A stretch of DNA of 32,000 nt from Copranaerobaculum intestinale (GCF_009831105.1 NZ_WUUQ01000002.1:510001-542000); one strand, 5' to 3'. Counted from the first letter of the stretch, positions 1-9,609 are shown. Numbers and translations are program-made. The notes: generated from the sequence alone by a model not told the origin.

Positions 1-39
1 ATATTGATACAAATTCTTTATTTGAGGTAATATCTCAAT

Positions 40-828
40 ATGATTGAACGGCTTGACAAAAGCCTGGTGGCGATTGGGCTAAGTGATACGCGTACAAATG
101 CACAGGATGCGATTTCACAGGGTCGGATCAAGGTTAATGGTAAGATCATTACAAAACGCAGTCTGTTGATAGATACAGAAGCGGATCGGATTGAATTGGA
201 ATCGTTGGCGCAGTCCTTTGCCTCCCGGGCAGGATGGAAGCTGCATGGTGCCTTGGATCGCTTTCAGATTGATGTAAAGGATCGCGTTATCATAGATGTA
301 GGGGCGAGCACCGGTGGTTTTACCGATGTCTGTCTGCAGCGGCATGCCCTGCTGGTCTACGCGTTGGACGTCGGACACGATCAACTGCTGGAACGTTTAA
401 AAAAAGATCCCAGAGTGATCAATCGTGAAGGGGTGAACTGCCGGTATCTCGATGAAACCATGTTTGAAAGCAAACCGGATTTTGCCTGTATCGATGTATC
501 ATTTATATCCGTGAAGCAGATTCTTCCCAGCGTTCTAAACGTGCTGAAAGGCCATAAGGAAATGGTTGTATTGATTAAGCCGCAGTTTGAAGCGGGAAAG
601 GCTGCGTTAAACAAACACGGCGTGATCCGCGATGCGAAAATTCATCGTCAAGTATTGCAGGATATGATTCAATTTGTCGAAGAATTGGGGCTTTATGTCC
701 ACCATCTGGCGAATAGCTCAATCATGGGAAGAGATGGAAATCGGGAATTTGTCATGCATATATCCAATATCCCTATCCAACGTAGTTTTGATATCTTTCG
801 CATCGTTTCAGAAAAAAACGAAACATGA
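40..828 (+). CDS. tlyA: TlyA-family rRNA 2'-O-methyltransferase (S4-like RNA-binding N-terminus + FtsJ-like SAM methyltransferase)
   Basis: 262-aa ORF. The N-terminus has an S4-like segment (RLDKSLV...GRIKVNGKII), followed by the SAM-binding motif DVGASTGGFTD. Its position directly upstream of recN matches B. subtilis yqxC. GAGGT lies at 24-28 upstream of ATG 40. Confidence 0.85.
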   Translation: MIERLDKSLVAIGLSDTRTNAQDAISQGRIKVNGKIITKRSLLIDTEADRIELESLAQSFASRAGWKLHGALDRFQIDVKDRVIIDVGASTGGFTDVCLQRHALLVYALDVGHDQLLERLKKDPRVINREGVNCRYLDETMFESKPDFACIDVSFISVKQILPSVLNVLKGHKEMVVLIKPQFEAGKAALNKHGVIRDAKIHRQVLQDMIQFVEELGLYVHHLANSSIMGRDGNREFVMHISNIPIQRSFDIFRIVSEKNET

Positions 829-838
829 GGTGAGAAAA

Positions 839-2491
839 ATGCTTACATCGATTTATGTTAAGAATTTTATCTTATTTGATGCTTTAACATTAACTTTTGA
901 GAACCATATGTCGGCTTTTATCGGAGAAACCGGTGCCGGCAAGTCACTTCTGATTGACGCTATCTCCTTATTGATGGGAGAGCGCGCAAACGCTTCATTG
1001 GTGAAGCAGGGAAGAGACAAAGCGGTGATCGAAGGTGTTTTTCGCGTTGATGAAAACCGTGCAGTGCAAGCAAAGCTGGAAACGGACGGGTATGATCTGG
1101 ATGAAAACCTGCTGGTTTTAACACGCGAGATTACCAATGACGGAAAAAGCATAGCTCGAATCAATCATCGCCAAACTACCGTTTCTTACTTAAAGGAGCT
1201 AGGGCTGCTTTTGTTGGACATTCATTCACAGCATGATACACAGTACTTGCTGAATAGCCGCTATCACGGCTCTTTATTGGATCGCTATTGTAATCAGGAG
1301 GAGCTGCTGAATCAGGTACAGGAGGCATACGATGTCTATAAAAAGGCAAAGGATGCTTTAGAAACTGCCCTGCATCAGGATTACAATGAAGATGATTTAG
1401 AGTTTTTACAGTATCAGCTTCAGGAGATACAGGATGTACAGCTTCAGGAAGAAGAAATTGAATCGTTGGAAAGCCAACAGAAGCAGATGATGGCATTTGA
1501 AAAAATCAATGGTCATCTGCAGGCCTCGATTGAGTCTTTGGATGGTACTCATGCGGTTATGGAACAACTCTATGAAGCATGCCGACAGCTTGATGCGTTA
1601 CGGGAATTTGATGAAATTGCCGGATGTGCGGATCGCCTTTATGATACCTATTATGGTTTAGAAGAGCAGCTCCAGGAATTGAAATCAATTGCCGAGCATC
1701 AGGAATTTGATGAGCAGGTATTTAATGATATACAGGAACGGCTGTTCATCATTCATAAAATCATTCGTAAGTACGGTGGAACCGTTCGTCAGGTTCAGGA
1801 GAAGGAGCAGGAACTTGCTTCACGAATTGAGCAGATAACTCATCGCCAGGAGTATTTGGATAAGCAGCAGGCAATCGTAAAAGATGCCGAAGCAAGCTAT
1901 CGTAAACTGGCAGAAAAACTATCGGTGATCCGCAAAAAACAGGCAAAGATACTGGAAACCGCAATTATGAAAGAACTTGCTGATCTTCATCTTCCGCATG
2001 CGGTATTTAAGGTCTGCTTTGAACCTGCATTCATGCGTAATGGGATTGATAAAGTGTATTTTGCGGTTGCCATGAATGCCGGATCGCCTTTAAAACCGCT
2101 TCAGCAGGTAGCTTCAGGCGGAGAGCTCTCACGGCTGATGCTTGGACTAAAGACAATCTTCACTTCGCTGCAGGGAATTGATACGGTAATTTTCGATGAA
2201 ATTGATACCGGTGTCAGCGGCAGTGTTGCTTTGGCAATCGGCAGAAAAATGCAGAAACTCGGACTTAATACCCAAGTATTTTGTGTAACTCATCTAGCCC
2301 AGGTAGCAGCCTGTGCCGATAATCAATATCTGGTTGAAAAAAATCAAAGCAAGGATTCTGCCTCGACGACAATCCATGTCCTTGAAGGAGAAGAACGCAT
2401 TCGTCAGCTCGCCCTGATTGCGACCGGCAGCGATTCTTCCTCATCCATTCAGGCAGCTGCCGAGCTTTATCAAACCGCACAGACTCATTAA
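839..2491 (+). CDS. recN: DNA repair protein RecN
   Basis: Frame of ORF 674-2491. I moved the start to ATG 839 because it follows the tlyA stop (826-828) and the RBS GAGGTGAG (827-834). Motifs: Walker A GETGAGKS, a long coiled-coil middle, SMC signature GGELSRLML and Walker B VIFDEID. Confidence 0.93.
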   Translation: MLTSIYVKNFILFDALTLTFENHMSAFIGETGAGKSLLIDAISLLMGERANASLVKQGRDKAVIEGVFRVDENRAVQAKLETDGYDLDENLLVLTREITNDGKSIARINHRQTTVSYLKELGLLLLDIHSQHDTQYLLNSRYHGSLLDRYCNQEELLNQVQEAYDVYKKAKDALETALHQDYNEDDLEFLQYQLQEIQDVQLQEEEIESLESQQKQMMAFEKINGHLQASIESLDGTHAVMEQLYEACRQLDALREFDEIAGCADRLYDTYYGLEEQLQELKSIAEHQEFDEQVFNDIQERLFIIHKIIRKYGGTVRQVQEKEQELASRIEQITHRQEYLDKQQAIVKDAEASYRKLAEKLSVIRKKQAKILETAIMKELADLHLPHAVFKVCFEPAFMRNGIDKVYFAVAMNAGSPLKPLQQVASGGELSRLMLGLKTIFTSLQGIDTVIFDEIDTGVSGSVALAIGRKMQKLGLNTQVFCVTHLAQVAACADNQYLVEKNQSKDSASTTIHVLEGEERIRQLALIATGSDSSSSIQAAAELYQTAQTH

Positions 2492-2575
2492 TGAACCTCC
2501 TGTCTTTTCTTCCGTGTACTCGCCTTAGTAGGCTGCGCATGGGTGGGAATACTAATAGACAGGAGGTGAATTTTT

Positions 2576-3574
2576 ATGTGGAAACGAACAGCAGCACTGC
2601 TGTTATGTGCCGGTCTGTTCATGCCTTTGACAGTTTATGCCAATTCGGAAATTTACATCGGCGGCGACAGTGTCGGCATCGCGGTACATTATGAAGGAAT
2701 TATGGTCAGCGGTACGTATACAGTTGAACAAAACGGATCATCCTATAATCCCTCCAAACAGGGATTTGTCAAAGGGGATGTGATCATAGCGGTCAATGAT
2801 ATTAAAGTTAAGACAATGGAAGATCTTTATCAAGAACTGTTAAAATATCAAAAGCCTGTGAATGAGATTGCGGTAACGGTAAAGCATGGTCAGAAAACGA
2901 TTGACCGAACCCTAACTACAGTGTTTGATGACAAAACCCAGAGCTTTAAAAGCGGTCTGTATGTAAAAGATGAGATAACGGGAGTAGGCACCATTACCTT
3001 TTATAATCCCGTTAACGGCCAGTATGGAGCACTCGGACATGAAATCATGGATAATGACCTGAATCAGATTGCCGCGATTGCTGATGGTAAAATTTATTCA
3101 TCCGAGGTTAACAGTATCACGAAGGCCCAGCCGAATGTTGCCGGAGAAAAGAATGCGACAATCAATTATAACGATCCTTTGGGCAGTGTTTCCAAGAATA
3201 CCGATATTGGTATTTACGGCGCCTATAAGGATCTTCCGAAGCATGCCAAAAAGTATGAATGGGCATCGCGGGAAGCAGTGCATACAGGTAAAGCTACGAT
3301 AGAAACGGTATTGAACGATCAGCAAATCAAGTCGTATGAAATCGAGATTACCAAAGTGAATAAACAGGATTCGAAGGATGTCAAAGGTATAGAGTTTACG
3401 GTTACGGATGAAAACCTGCTGGCTGCCGCCAATGGCATCGTTCAGGGAATGAGCGGATCACCGATTATCCAAGATGGTAAATTGATCGGGGCAGTCACTC
3501 ATGTAGTAACTTCTAACCCGGTGAATGGTTACGGGGTTTACGCGGAATGGATGATTCAGCAAACAGAATCTTAA
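2576..3574 (+). CDS. spoIVB: SpoIVB peptidase (S55 family, stage IV sporulation signalling protease)
   Basis: N-terminal signal/TM segment, PDZ-like segment (GDVIIAVND), GALGHEI (His) and GMSGSPII (Ser) catalytic motifs. AGGAGGTG RBS at 2561-2568. Conserved recN-spoIVB-spo0A order. Confidence 0.9.
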   Translation: MWKRTAALLLCAGLFMPLTVYANSEIYIGGDSVGIAVHYEGIMVSGTYTVEQNGSSYNPSKQGFVKGDVIIAVNDIKVKTMEDLYQELLKYQKPVNEIAVTVKHGQKTIDRTLTTVFDDKTQSFKSGLYVKDEITGVGTITFYNPVNGQYGALGHEIMDNDLNQIAAIADGKIYSSEVNSITKAQPNVAGEKNATINYNDPLGSVSKNTDIGIYGAYKDLPKHAKKYEWASREAVHTGKATIETVLNDQQIKSYEIEITKVNKQDSKDVKGIEFTVTDENLLAAANGIVQGMSGSPIIQDGKLIGAVTHVVTSNPVNGYGVYAEWMIQQTES

Positions 3575-3587
3575 AATCGACTTTTTT

Positions 3588-3649
3588 CGACCTTCTTTCC
3601 AAATTGTGACAAGAAACGACTGGGAAGAAGGTCGCTTTTTTATTTTTTT
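3588..3649 (+). terminator. Putative rho-independent terminator after spoIVB
   Basis: CGACCTTCTT (3588-3597) pairs with AAGAAGGTCG (3625-3634). The loop is long, and the stem is followed by CTTTTTTATTTTTTT. Confidence 0.55.
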
Positions 3650-3678
3650 AAAGAAAATTCTTCAAATTTTTAGAAATT

Positions 3679-3685
3679 TTCGACA
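3679..3685 (-). promoter_or_regulatory. Exact Spo0A box (TGTCGAA, read on the minus strand) upstream of spo0A
   Basis: TTCGACA at 3679-3685 is the reverse complement of the B. subtilis 0A-box consensus TGTCGAA. Related TCGAC motifs lie at 3577-3581, 3586-3592 and 3734-3740. Confidence 0.4.
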
Positions 3686-3746
3686 TATCTCTAGTGTTTC
3701 CGCTTACATAACCCTTATAATTAGACTCGTGGAGGTCGAAAAGATA

Positions 3747-4580
3747 ATGAAAGAGACGATGAAGATATATTTGGTGGATGACAGCAGTGATATGATCCAC
3801 AGCATGAAAGATGAGTTTAAGAAAAGCAGTATGTTTCAGGTTGTGGGGAGTGCAACGAATGGTGAACAGTGTTTAATTGAACTGCATGGAAAACACGTTG
3901 ATGTTTTGGTGCTGGATCTGATCATGCCGAAGAAAGACGGTATTCAAGTGCTTCAGGAACTTCGCAGCAATCAGATTCACGCTGATCATATCATTTGCAC
4001 AACCCCGTTCATTAATGAACTGATCGTTAATGAATTGGATAATTATCATGTGGATTACCTACTGATGAAGCCTTTTGAGATTTGTCAGCTGACAGATCGT
4101 CTTGCGATGATTACGGGGATGTCAATGAAAAAGACGATTGAAGGCAATATGATGAAGATCAACCTGGATGAGCATGAAAAGGAACGGGTTCAAAAATTAG
4201 AGTTGGAGCAGGATATAACGGATATTCTGCATGAGATTGGAATACCGGCACATATCAAAGGATATATGTATTTGCGTACAGCCATTTTAGAAACCTTTAT
4301 GAATACGGACTATCTGGGACAGATAACGAAGGTTTTATATCCGGAGATAGCCAGACGCTATATGACTACTTCATCAAGAGTGGAAAGAGCAATTCGTCAT
4401 GCGATCGAAGTAGCTTGGACACGGGGCAATATTGATGCGATCGACGACATCTTTGGTTATACGATATCTGCCAGCAAGGCAAAGCCGACCAATTCCGAGT
4501 TTATCGCAATGATCTCGGATAAACTAAGACTTGAGCATCGGATGAAAAATAAAGGTAATCTTGTCAAAAATTATCGTTGA
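3747..4580 (+). CDS. spo0A: Sporulation master regulator Spo0A (response regulator)
   Basis: Receiver domain (KIYLVDD, phospho-acceptor in VLVLDLIMP) plus the Spo0A-specific C-terminal domain ([26 protein letters not shown]). Start set at ATG 3747, 10 nt after GGAGGT (3731-3736). ORF 3606 is an upstream in-frame extension. Confidence 0.95.
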   Translation: MKETMKIYLVDDSSDMIHSMKDEFKKSSMFQVVGSATNGEQCLIELHGKHVDVLVLDLIMPKKDGIQVLQELRSNQIHADHIICTTPFINELIVNELDNYHVDYLLMKPFEICQLTDRLAMITGMSMKKTIEGNMMKINLDEHEKERVQKLELEQDITDILHEIGIPAHIKGYMYLRTAILETFMNTDYLGQITKVLYPEIARRYMTTSSRVERAIRHAIEVAWTRGNIDAIDDIFGYTISASKAKPTNSEFIAMISDKLRLEHRMKNKGNLVKNYR

Positions 4581-4652
4581 ATCACGGTAAATCACTATCT
4601 TAAATGGTAAAAATTCGTTATAATAAATACCATATGAAAAGGATGGTGGCGT

Positions 4653-5822
4653 ATGGCCGGACGGGTTATTTTCCATATTGATCTGAATTCTTTCTATGCC
4701 AGTGCGGAAATTTTACATAATACAGCTTTGGAGGGACAACCGGTCGTGGTAGCTGGTTTATCCAGACGCAGTGTGGTATCTACGGCGAGCTATGAGGCCA
4801 GAAAATATGGGGTACACAGTGCTATGCCGTTACAAATGGCGATGGATCTGTGCCCCAATCTGGTAATTGTGCAGGGGGATTACAGCTGGTATGAGGAATT
4901 GAGTGAGCGCTTCTTTCGCTTCATTCGCACCTTCAGTCAATATGTGGAGCCGGCAAGTATCGATGAATGTTATGTCGATGTTACTGAACAAATCAGTAAA
5001 TTTGATCGGCCGCTTGATCTGGCATGGCTGATCCAGAATCGATTAAAAGAGGAATTGGGCCTGCCCTGCAGTATCGGGATTGCGCCAAATAAGTTTTTGG
5101 CCAAGATGGCCAGTGATATGCGCAAGCCAATGGGTATCACCGTCCTGCGTAAACAGGAATTGTCCCGCAAGCTGTGGCCGCTTCCCATAAGTGATATGCA
5201 GGGGATCGGCACCAAAACCGCTCCGCTTTTGATTGCTAACGGTATCTCAACAATCGGTGATCTGGCAGATCCGCAGAATGAATCGAAAATCATGACGCTG
5301 ATGGGGAAGCATGGCTATGAGGCGATTCAAAATGCTCGGGGAAACAGCACCAATAAGCTTTGCTATAACAGCAGTGTACAGTCAATTTCACAGTCGACGA
5401 CGACTGATAAGGATATTATTGAATATGATGAAGTGAAAACAGTTCTGATCCGGCTTGCTGAGTCTTTATCACGGCGGGCAAAAGCCGAAGGCATCAAGGG
5501 ATCATTGATTTCCTTATCGATTCGCTATTATGATTTTACCAATGCGGTCCGAAGCGTTTCGCTGGATCACTATACGGATGATTATCAGGTACTTCTGGAA
5601 AATGCACTGCTTCTGTTTGACCGCAACAGTATAAATAAAACGATTCGGCATTTAGGGATCGGTCTTGGTTCACTGTACAGTAAAACAAAATCGATCACCC
5701 AGCTGAATATGTTTCAAGAGCCGGCAAAACAAAAACCTGATATATTGGCGGAGCTGAACAAGCAGCTGCAGGGAGCGCCGCTGCTCTATGCCAAGGATCT
5801 GACAATGAAGAAAAAAGGCTGA
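4653..5822 (+). CDS. dinB: DNA polymerase IV (Y-family translesion polymerase)
   Basis: N-terminal HIDLNSFYASAE, SIDECYVD catalytic motif, and GIAPNKFLAKMASD. Confidence 0.92.
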   Translation: MAGRVIFHIDLNSFYASAEILHNTALEGQPVVVAGLSRRSVVSTASYEARKYGVHSAMPLQMAMDLCPNLVIVQGDYSWYEELSERFFRFIRTFSQYVEPASIDECYVDVTEQISKFDRPLDLAWLIQNRLKEELGLPCSIGIAPNKFLAKMASDMRKPMGITVLRKQELSRKLWPLPISDMQGIGTKTAPLLIANGISTIGDLADPQNESKIMTLMGKHGYEAIQNARGNSTNKLCYNSSVQSISQSTTTDKDIIEYDEVKTVLIRLAESLSRRAKAEGIKGSLISLSIRYYDFTNAVRSVSLDHYTDDYQVLLENALLLFDRNSINKTIRHLGIGLGSLYSKTKSITQLNMFQEPAKQKPDILAELNKQLQGAPLLYAKDLTMKKKG

Positions 5823-5860
5823 AACTGTCGAGCATATTCACGACTATTCCGCCTTTTTTT
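5811..5860 (+). terminator. Possible imperfect terminator after dinB
   Basis: AAAAAAGGC (5811-5819) pairs with GCCTTTTTT (5851-5859). An inner GTCG/CGAC pair lies at 5827-5830 and 5841-5844. A T-run follows at 5854-5861. The interior of the stem is imperfect. Confidence 0.35.
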
Positions 5861-5869
5861 TCATATACT
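5842..5869 (+). promoter_or_regulatory. Candidate sigma-E-type promoter for spoIIM
   Basis: GACTATT (5842-5848), 13 nt, then CATATACT (5862-5869), compared with the B. subtilis sigma-E consensus kmATATT-N14-CATACAhT. There is one mismatch in each element, and the spacer is 1 nt short. Confidence 0.3.
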
Positions 5870-5885
5870 GAACCGAGGTGGAAGC

Positions 5886-6488
5886 ATGAGACAAAAGATG
5901 TATAACGGGTTTATCCGCAAATATCAAAACGTGTATCTGTTCATTGCTATTTTGATGGTAAGCGGCTTTCTATGCGGCATAATCTATTCCAAATTTATCA
6001 ATGTGGATGATATCGCACATTTTAGTTCCTATCTCACCACAATCGATAAGGGAGTTGATAAGTATGCCTATTTTGTAAATCAGTTTCTGATGGGCATCCT
6101 GTTTGTAATCGGTGTTTTTCTGCTCGGTACATCCATTGCCGGTATTCCGATCATTTCATTTGTTGTATTCACAAAGGGTCTGCAGATCGGATTCTCCTGT
6201 GCCTTGTTTGTTTATACATATCAGCTGAAGGGGCTGGCAGGAATCTTCCTGACGCTTTTTCCGCAGGTCATATTTGATGTGCTGGCGACATTTCTCATCA
6301 GTGCGGCGGCAATACAGTTGTCGATGTATATCGTTTACAGCTGTACCAATCGCGAAAAACTGGATTTCAAACGATTGTTCAACAGTATATTAAATGATAT
6401 TTTCATTGCTTTTTTAATCATTCTGGTAGCTTCCTATTTAAAATCTACAGTGGTTTTGGAGCTGATAAAAATCTTTACTAAAATGTAG
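5886..6488 (+). CDS. spoIIM: Stage II sporulation protein M (SpoIIM), polytopic membrane protein
   Basis: 200-aa ORF with about 5 hydrophobic helices and a typical SpoIIM size and layout. GAGGTGG RBS. Its position upstream of xerD-deoB matches B. subtilis spoIIM-(fur)-ripX-...-drm. Confidence 0.8.
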   Translation: MRQKMYNGFIRKYQNVYLFIAILMVSGFLCGIIYSKFINVDDIAHFSSYLTTIDKGVDKYAYFVNQFLMGILFVIGVFLLGTSIAGIPIISFVVFTKGLQIGFSCALFVYTYQLKGLAGIFLTLFPQVIFDVLATFLISAAAIQLSMYIVYSCTNREKLDFKRLFNSILNDIFIAFLIILVASYLKSTVVLELIKIFTKM

Positions 6489-6493
6489 AACGG

Positions 6494-6523
6494 TTGGAAG
6501 AGTTCCTTCAACCGTGCTATAAT
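6494..6523 (+). promoter_or_regulatory. Sigma-A-type promoter with extended -10, upstream of xerD
   Basis: TTGGAA (6494-6499), 18 nt, then TGcTATAAT (6515-6523). It overlaps an imperfect hairpin ACGGTTGGAAG/CTTCAACCGT (6490-6514). Confidence 0.45.
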
Positions 6524-6540
6524 CGTAACAGGTGATAAAC

Positions 6541-7446
6541 ATGCTTGTTAAGGATGCCGTAGAAGATTATTTACACTATATCAGCGTAGTCGATCAAAAG
6601 AGCCTGAAAACAATTGCTTCCTATCACAATGATCTGAAGCAGTATGAATGCTTTTTGACAAATACAGCGCTGATCGATCGGATTGAGGATGTGAATTTTG
6701 CGGTGCTGCAGGAGTTTGTCGGGGAACTGGGAAAGGTGAGAAAGCCATCTACGGTGAATCATATGATCAGTACGCTGCGGACATTTCATCAATATCTTAC
6801 CTTTACGTATCCGCAGATGATCGATCCCACGCTGTATCTGCATAACAGCCGAATCGGCAGCAGACTGCCGAAATATTTTAATGAAAAGGATATTATAAAG
6901 CTGTTGGATGATTTTGGTGACAGTGATCAGGAGATCTTTGATCATGCCATCCTGGAGCTGCTGTATGGCTGCGGCCTGCGAGTATCGGAATGCTGTTCGC
7001 TGACATTGAATCAGATGCATCTGGAGCAGTCCTTTCTGCGGGTAATCGGCAAAGGTGATAAGGAACGCATGGTACCGATGAATCAGCGAAGCGTTAAGAT
7101 CATTCGTCAATATTTTGATCTAGTACGCTGCAATTGGGCAGTGAAGCGCTCACCATATGTATTTATCAATTCGCACGGTAAGCCGGTGACCAGACAGTAT
7201 ATTCATACGATGATAAAACAGAAGCTGCGAGAGGAAGGACTTGATGAATCCTTATCCGCACATAGCTTTCGCCATAGCTTTGCGACTCATCTACTAGATG
7301 GCGGAGCCGATTTAAGAGTCGTACAGGAGATGCTGGGGCATGCTGACATTGCCACGACCCAGATATATACCCACGTTCAAAACAAGCGACTGAAACAAGC
7401 ATATGAGCGATTTCATCCACGTTCAGTCAAGGAGGAAGAAAAATGA
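6541..7446 (+). CDS. xerD: Site-specific tyrosine recombinase XerD
   Basis: N-terminal SAM-like domain. C-terminal catalytic residues lie in [18 protein letters not shown] and [14 protein letters not shown]. Start set at ATG 6541, 5 nt after AGGTGA. The GTG at 6532 lies inside the RBS. Confidence 0.9.
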   Translation: MLVKDAVEDYLHYISVVDQKSLKTIASYHNDLKQYECFLTNTALIDRIEDVNFAVLQEFVGELGKVRKPSTVNHMISTLRTFHQYLTFTYPQMIDPTLYLHNSRIGSRLPKYFNEKDIIKLLDDFGDSDQEIFDHAILELLYGCGLRVSECCSLTLNQMHLEQSFLRVIGKGDKERMVPMNQRSVKIIRQYFDLVRCNWAVKRSPYVFINSHGKPVTRQYIHTMIKQKLREEGLDESLSAHSFRHSFATHLLDGGADLRVVQEMLGHADIATTQIYTHVQNKRLKQAYERFHPRSVKEEEK

Positions 7447-8627
7447 AACCTTATAAACGTATATTTACGATTGTAATTGATTCCATGGGTATCGGAGCCG
7501 CCCGTGATGCTGCTGACTATCAGGACAGCGGTTGTGATACCTTAGGACATATTGATGAAAAAATGAATACCTTTCAGATTCCCAATTTACAGAAGCTGGG
7601 ATTGGCAAATTTAAAACCATTGAAGCACGTTGCGCCGGTTGCGGAGCCGATTGGCTATTATACCCGTATGCAGGAAGCAAGCTGCAGTAAGGATACCATG
7701 ACGGGCCACTGGGAAATGATGGGACTGCATATTACATCACCGTTTAAGACCTTTACCGACCATGGCTTTCCATCAGAATTGATCGAAGAATTGGAAAAGC
7801 GCACCGGTCATAAGATTATCGGCAACAAAGCTGCCAGCGGTACTGAAATATTGGATGAGCTTGCGGAAGAAGAAATTGCAACCGGCAAGATGATCGTGTA
7901 TACTTCGGCAGATTCAGTTCTGCAGATTTGCGGCAATGAAGAAACATTTGGCCTTGCAGAGCTTTACCGCTGCTGTGAAATCGCCCGGGAGCTGACGATG
8001 AAAGAGGAATGGCGGGTTGGCCGGGTAATCGCACGTCCGTATATCGGGAAACACAAGGGTGAATTCAAACGTACGAGTAATCGCCATGATTACGCACTGA
8101 AGCCATTTGCACCAACTGTACTGAATGCCTTGAAGGATCAGCAGTATGATGTTATCAGTGTCGGAAAAATCAAAGATATTTTCGATGGCGAGGGCATTAG
8201 CGAGGCATATAAGTCTAAGAGCTCGGTTCATGGCATGGAACAAACGATTGAAATTATGGATCATGATTTTAATGGTTTATGCTTTGTGAATCTGGTTGAT
8301 TTTGACGCCTTGTGGGGACATCGCCGCAATCCGATCGGCTACGGTGAAGAAATTGAACGCTTTGATGAGAAGCTCGGTACATTTCTTTCTAAAATGAAAG
8401 CAGATGATTTGTTGATAATAACTGCTGATCATGGTAATGATCCGACATATTCCGGTACTGATCACACCCGTGAGGATGTTCCATTTCTGGCATACTCTCC
8501 ATCACATATCGGTCACGGTCTATTACCGGTTACTGACAGCTTTGCGACGATTGGGGCAACCATTGCGGATAATTTCAAGGTCACGATGCCGAAACTGGGC
8601 ACATCCTATCTGCATCGCCTGAAATAA
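7443..8627 (+). CDS. deoB: Phosphopentomutase
   Basis: Motifs [19 protein letters not shown] and [10 protein letters not shown]. The ATGA start overlaps the xerD stop. Confidence 0.93.
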   Translation: MKPYKRIFTIVIDSMGIGAARDAADYQDSGCDTLGHIDEKMNTFQIPNLQKLGLANLKPLKHVAPVAEPIGYYTRMQEASCSKDTMTGHWEMMGLHITSPFKTFTDHGFPSELIEELEKRTGHKIIGNKAASGTEILDELAEEEIATGKMIVYTSADSVLQICGNEETFGLAELYRCCEIARELTMKEEWRVGRVIARPYIGKHKGEFKRTSNRHDYALKPFAPTVLNALKDQQYDVISVGKIKDIFDGEGISEAYKSKSSVHGMEQTIEIMDHDFNGLCFVNLVDFDALWGHRRNPIGYGEEIERFDEKLGTFLSKMKADDLLIITADHGNDPTYSGTDHTREDVPFLAYSPSHIGHGLLPVTDSFATIGATIADNFKVTMPKLGTSYLHRLK

Positions 8628-8632
8628 CGATA

Positions 8633-8658
8633 ACAGCCTGAAACGGCTGTTTTTTTTG
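8633..8658 (+). terminator. Rho-independent terminator after deoB
   Basis: ACAGCC (8633-8638), loop TGAAAC, GGCTGT (8645-8650), then TTTTTTTT. Confidence 0.75.
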
Positions 8659-8712
8659 TTTTCACCTAGTTGTATATATCATTGTTTCAAAGGATCCAAG
8701 GGGTTAAATCAA

Positions 8713-8741
8713 TTGACAAAATACGTTGATAATTGTATTAT
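8713..8741 (+). promoter_or_regulatory. Sigma-A promoter of the Mrp/ApbC gene
   Basis: TTGACA (8713-8718), 17 nt, then TATTAT (8736-8741). Confidence 0.6.
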
Positions 8742-8769
8742 GAAAATGTTATGTAAGGAGCGATATGAA

Positions 8770-9609
8770 ATGTCAGATTGTAATAGTTGTCCAAGCCGTG
8801 GGAGCTGCGGCAAGGATGAAAATAGCTGCGGTGTTGTAAATAATCCCAATAATAAAATTAAATATGTAATGGCAGTGATGAGCGGTAAAGGCGGAGTAGG
8901 GAAGTCTTCCCTGACAGTAATGCTCGCCCGCTTGTTTCAGCGTTCCGGAATGCAGGTCGGTATTATGGATGCAGATATGACCGGACCGAGTATACCACGT
9001 TTACTAGCACTGGAAAAAGAGAAGGCGTATGGAACCAACGACGCAATCCAGCCGGTGATTGATAAAGACGGTATTAAAACCATGTCCTTGAATTATCTGA
9101 TGGACGATGAAAATCAGCCAGTGGTATGGCGCGGACCGATCATTGCGAATGCCGTAAAACAATTTTGGACAGATGTTGTATGGGGTGAACTGGACGTTTT
9201 ATTAATTGATATGCCGCCGGGTACTGGTGATGTGCCACTGACGGTTATGCAGAGTATTCCGGTGAATGGTGTACTGATGATCTCGACACCACAGCCGATG
9301 GTGTCAATGATCGTCTCCAAAGCAATCAATATGTGCAAAGAGATGAAAATCGATGTACTGGGCGTGATTGAAAATATGAGTTATATCAGCTGTCCTGACT
9401 GTGGTAAGCGCATTGAACTGCATCATCATAAGAACACCGAGCACTTCCTGAAAGAGAATGATTTGATGCTGCTCGCGGAGCTTCCTATGACGGATGTGAT
9501 CGCCAATCTTCGTGATGAAGACAATTACAGTGATGCGGTGCTGAAAGAAATCGAGCAGCTGCTGAGTGAAGCAGTAGCAGTCTTAAAAGATAAGATGAAT
9601 CATAAGTAA
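8770..9609 (+). CDS. Mrp/ApbC/NBP35-family Fe-S cluster carrier ATPase with Cys-rich N-terminus
   Basis: Deviant Walker A SGKGGVGKSS and C-terminal CPDC motif. The N-terminus carries four Cys (C-x2-C-x5-C-x6-C). Start set at ATG 8770, 9 nt after AAGGAG (8755-8760). ORF 8656 is an upstream extension that crosses the promoter. Confidence 0.88.
   Translation: MSDCNSCPSRGSCGKDENSCGVVNNPNNKIKYVMAVMSGKGGVGKSSLTVMLARLFQRSGMQVGIMDADMTGPSIPRLLALEKEKAYGTNDAIQPVIDKDGIKTMSLNYLMDDENQPVVWRGPIIANAVKQFWTDVVWGELDVLLIDMPPGTGDVPLTVMQSIPVNGVLMISTPQPMVSMIVSKAINMCKEMKIDVLGVIENMSYISCPDCGKRIELHHHKNTEHFLKENDLMLLAELPMTDVIANLRDEDNYSDAVLKEIEQLLSEAVAVLKDKMNHK

Noticed and set aside
674-838. Upstream in-frame extensions of real genes in the ORF track: 674-838 (recN), 3606-3746 (spo0A), 8656-8769 (mrp), 16343-16369 (spoIVA), 20435-20446 (prfC), 21526-21549 (gpsA), 24469-24477 (ppa), 25545-25550 (efp), 25948-26010, 26352-26432 and 26873-27049 (comG cistrons).
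   Set aside because: The extensions overlap the upstream gene, a terminator or a promoter, and lack an RBS. An internal ATG with a well-spaced Shine-Dalgarno and a family-typical N-terminus is present in each case.
2538-2554. Possible forespore (sigma-F/sigma-G) promoter for spoIVB: GCATG at 2537-2541 and GGGAATACTA at 2545-2554.
   Set aside because: The -35-like and -10-like pieces are only a few nt apart instead of 15-18. No alternative partner element sits at the correct spacing, and the implied TSS would fall on the RBS. I could not support a promoter call.
4581-4652. I looked for a LexA/DinR SOS box (CGAAC-N4-GTTCG) upstream of dinB, and also upstream of recN at about 780-838.
   Set aside because: No GAAC-N4-GTTC-like palindrome is present in either region. 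Only a TATAAT hexamer with a poor -35 is seen upstream of dinB.
6571-7110. Long antisense or alternate-frame ORFs in the track: 6571-7110 (179 aa, antisense to xerD), 15770-16285 (171 aa, antisense to spoIVA), 13148-13627 (159 aa, alternate frame of the FUSC-type gene), 14365-14808 (147 aa, antisense to hup) and 25048-25467 (139 aa, antisense to efp). All other shorter ORFs nested in confidently called genes fall in the same class.
   Set aside because: Each lies wholly inside a gene with clear family motifs on the other strand or frame. None has an RBS, and their translations are low-complexity or Cys/His/Arg-rich in ways typical of non-coding frames.
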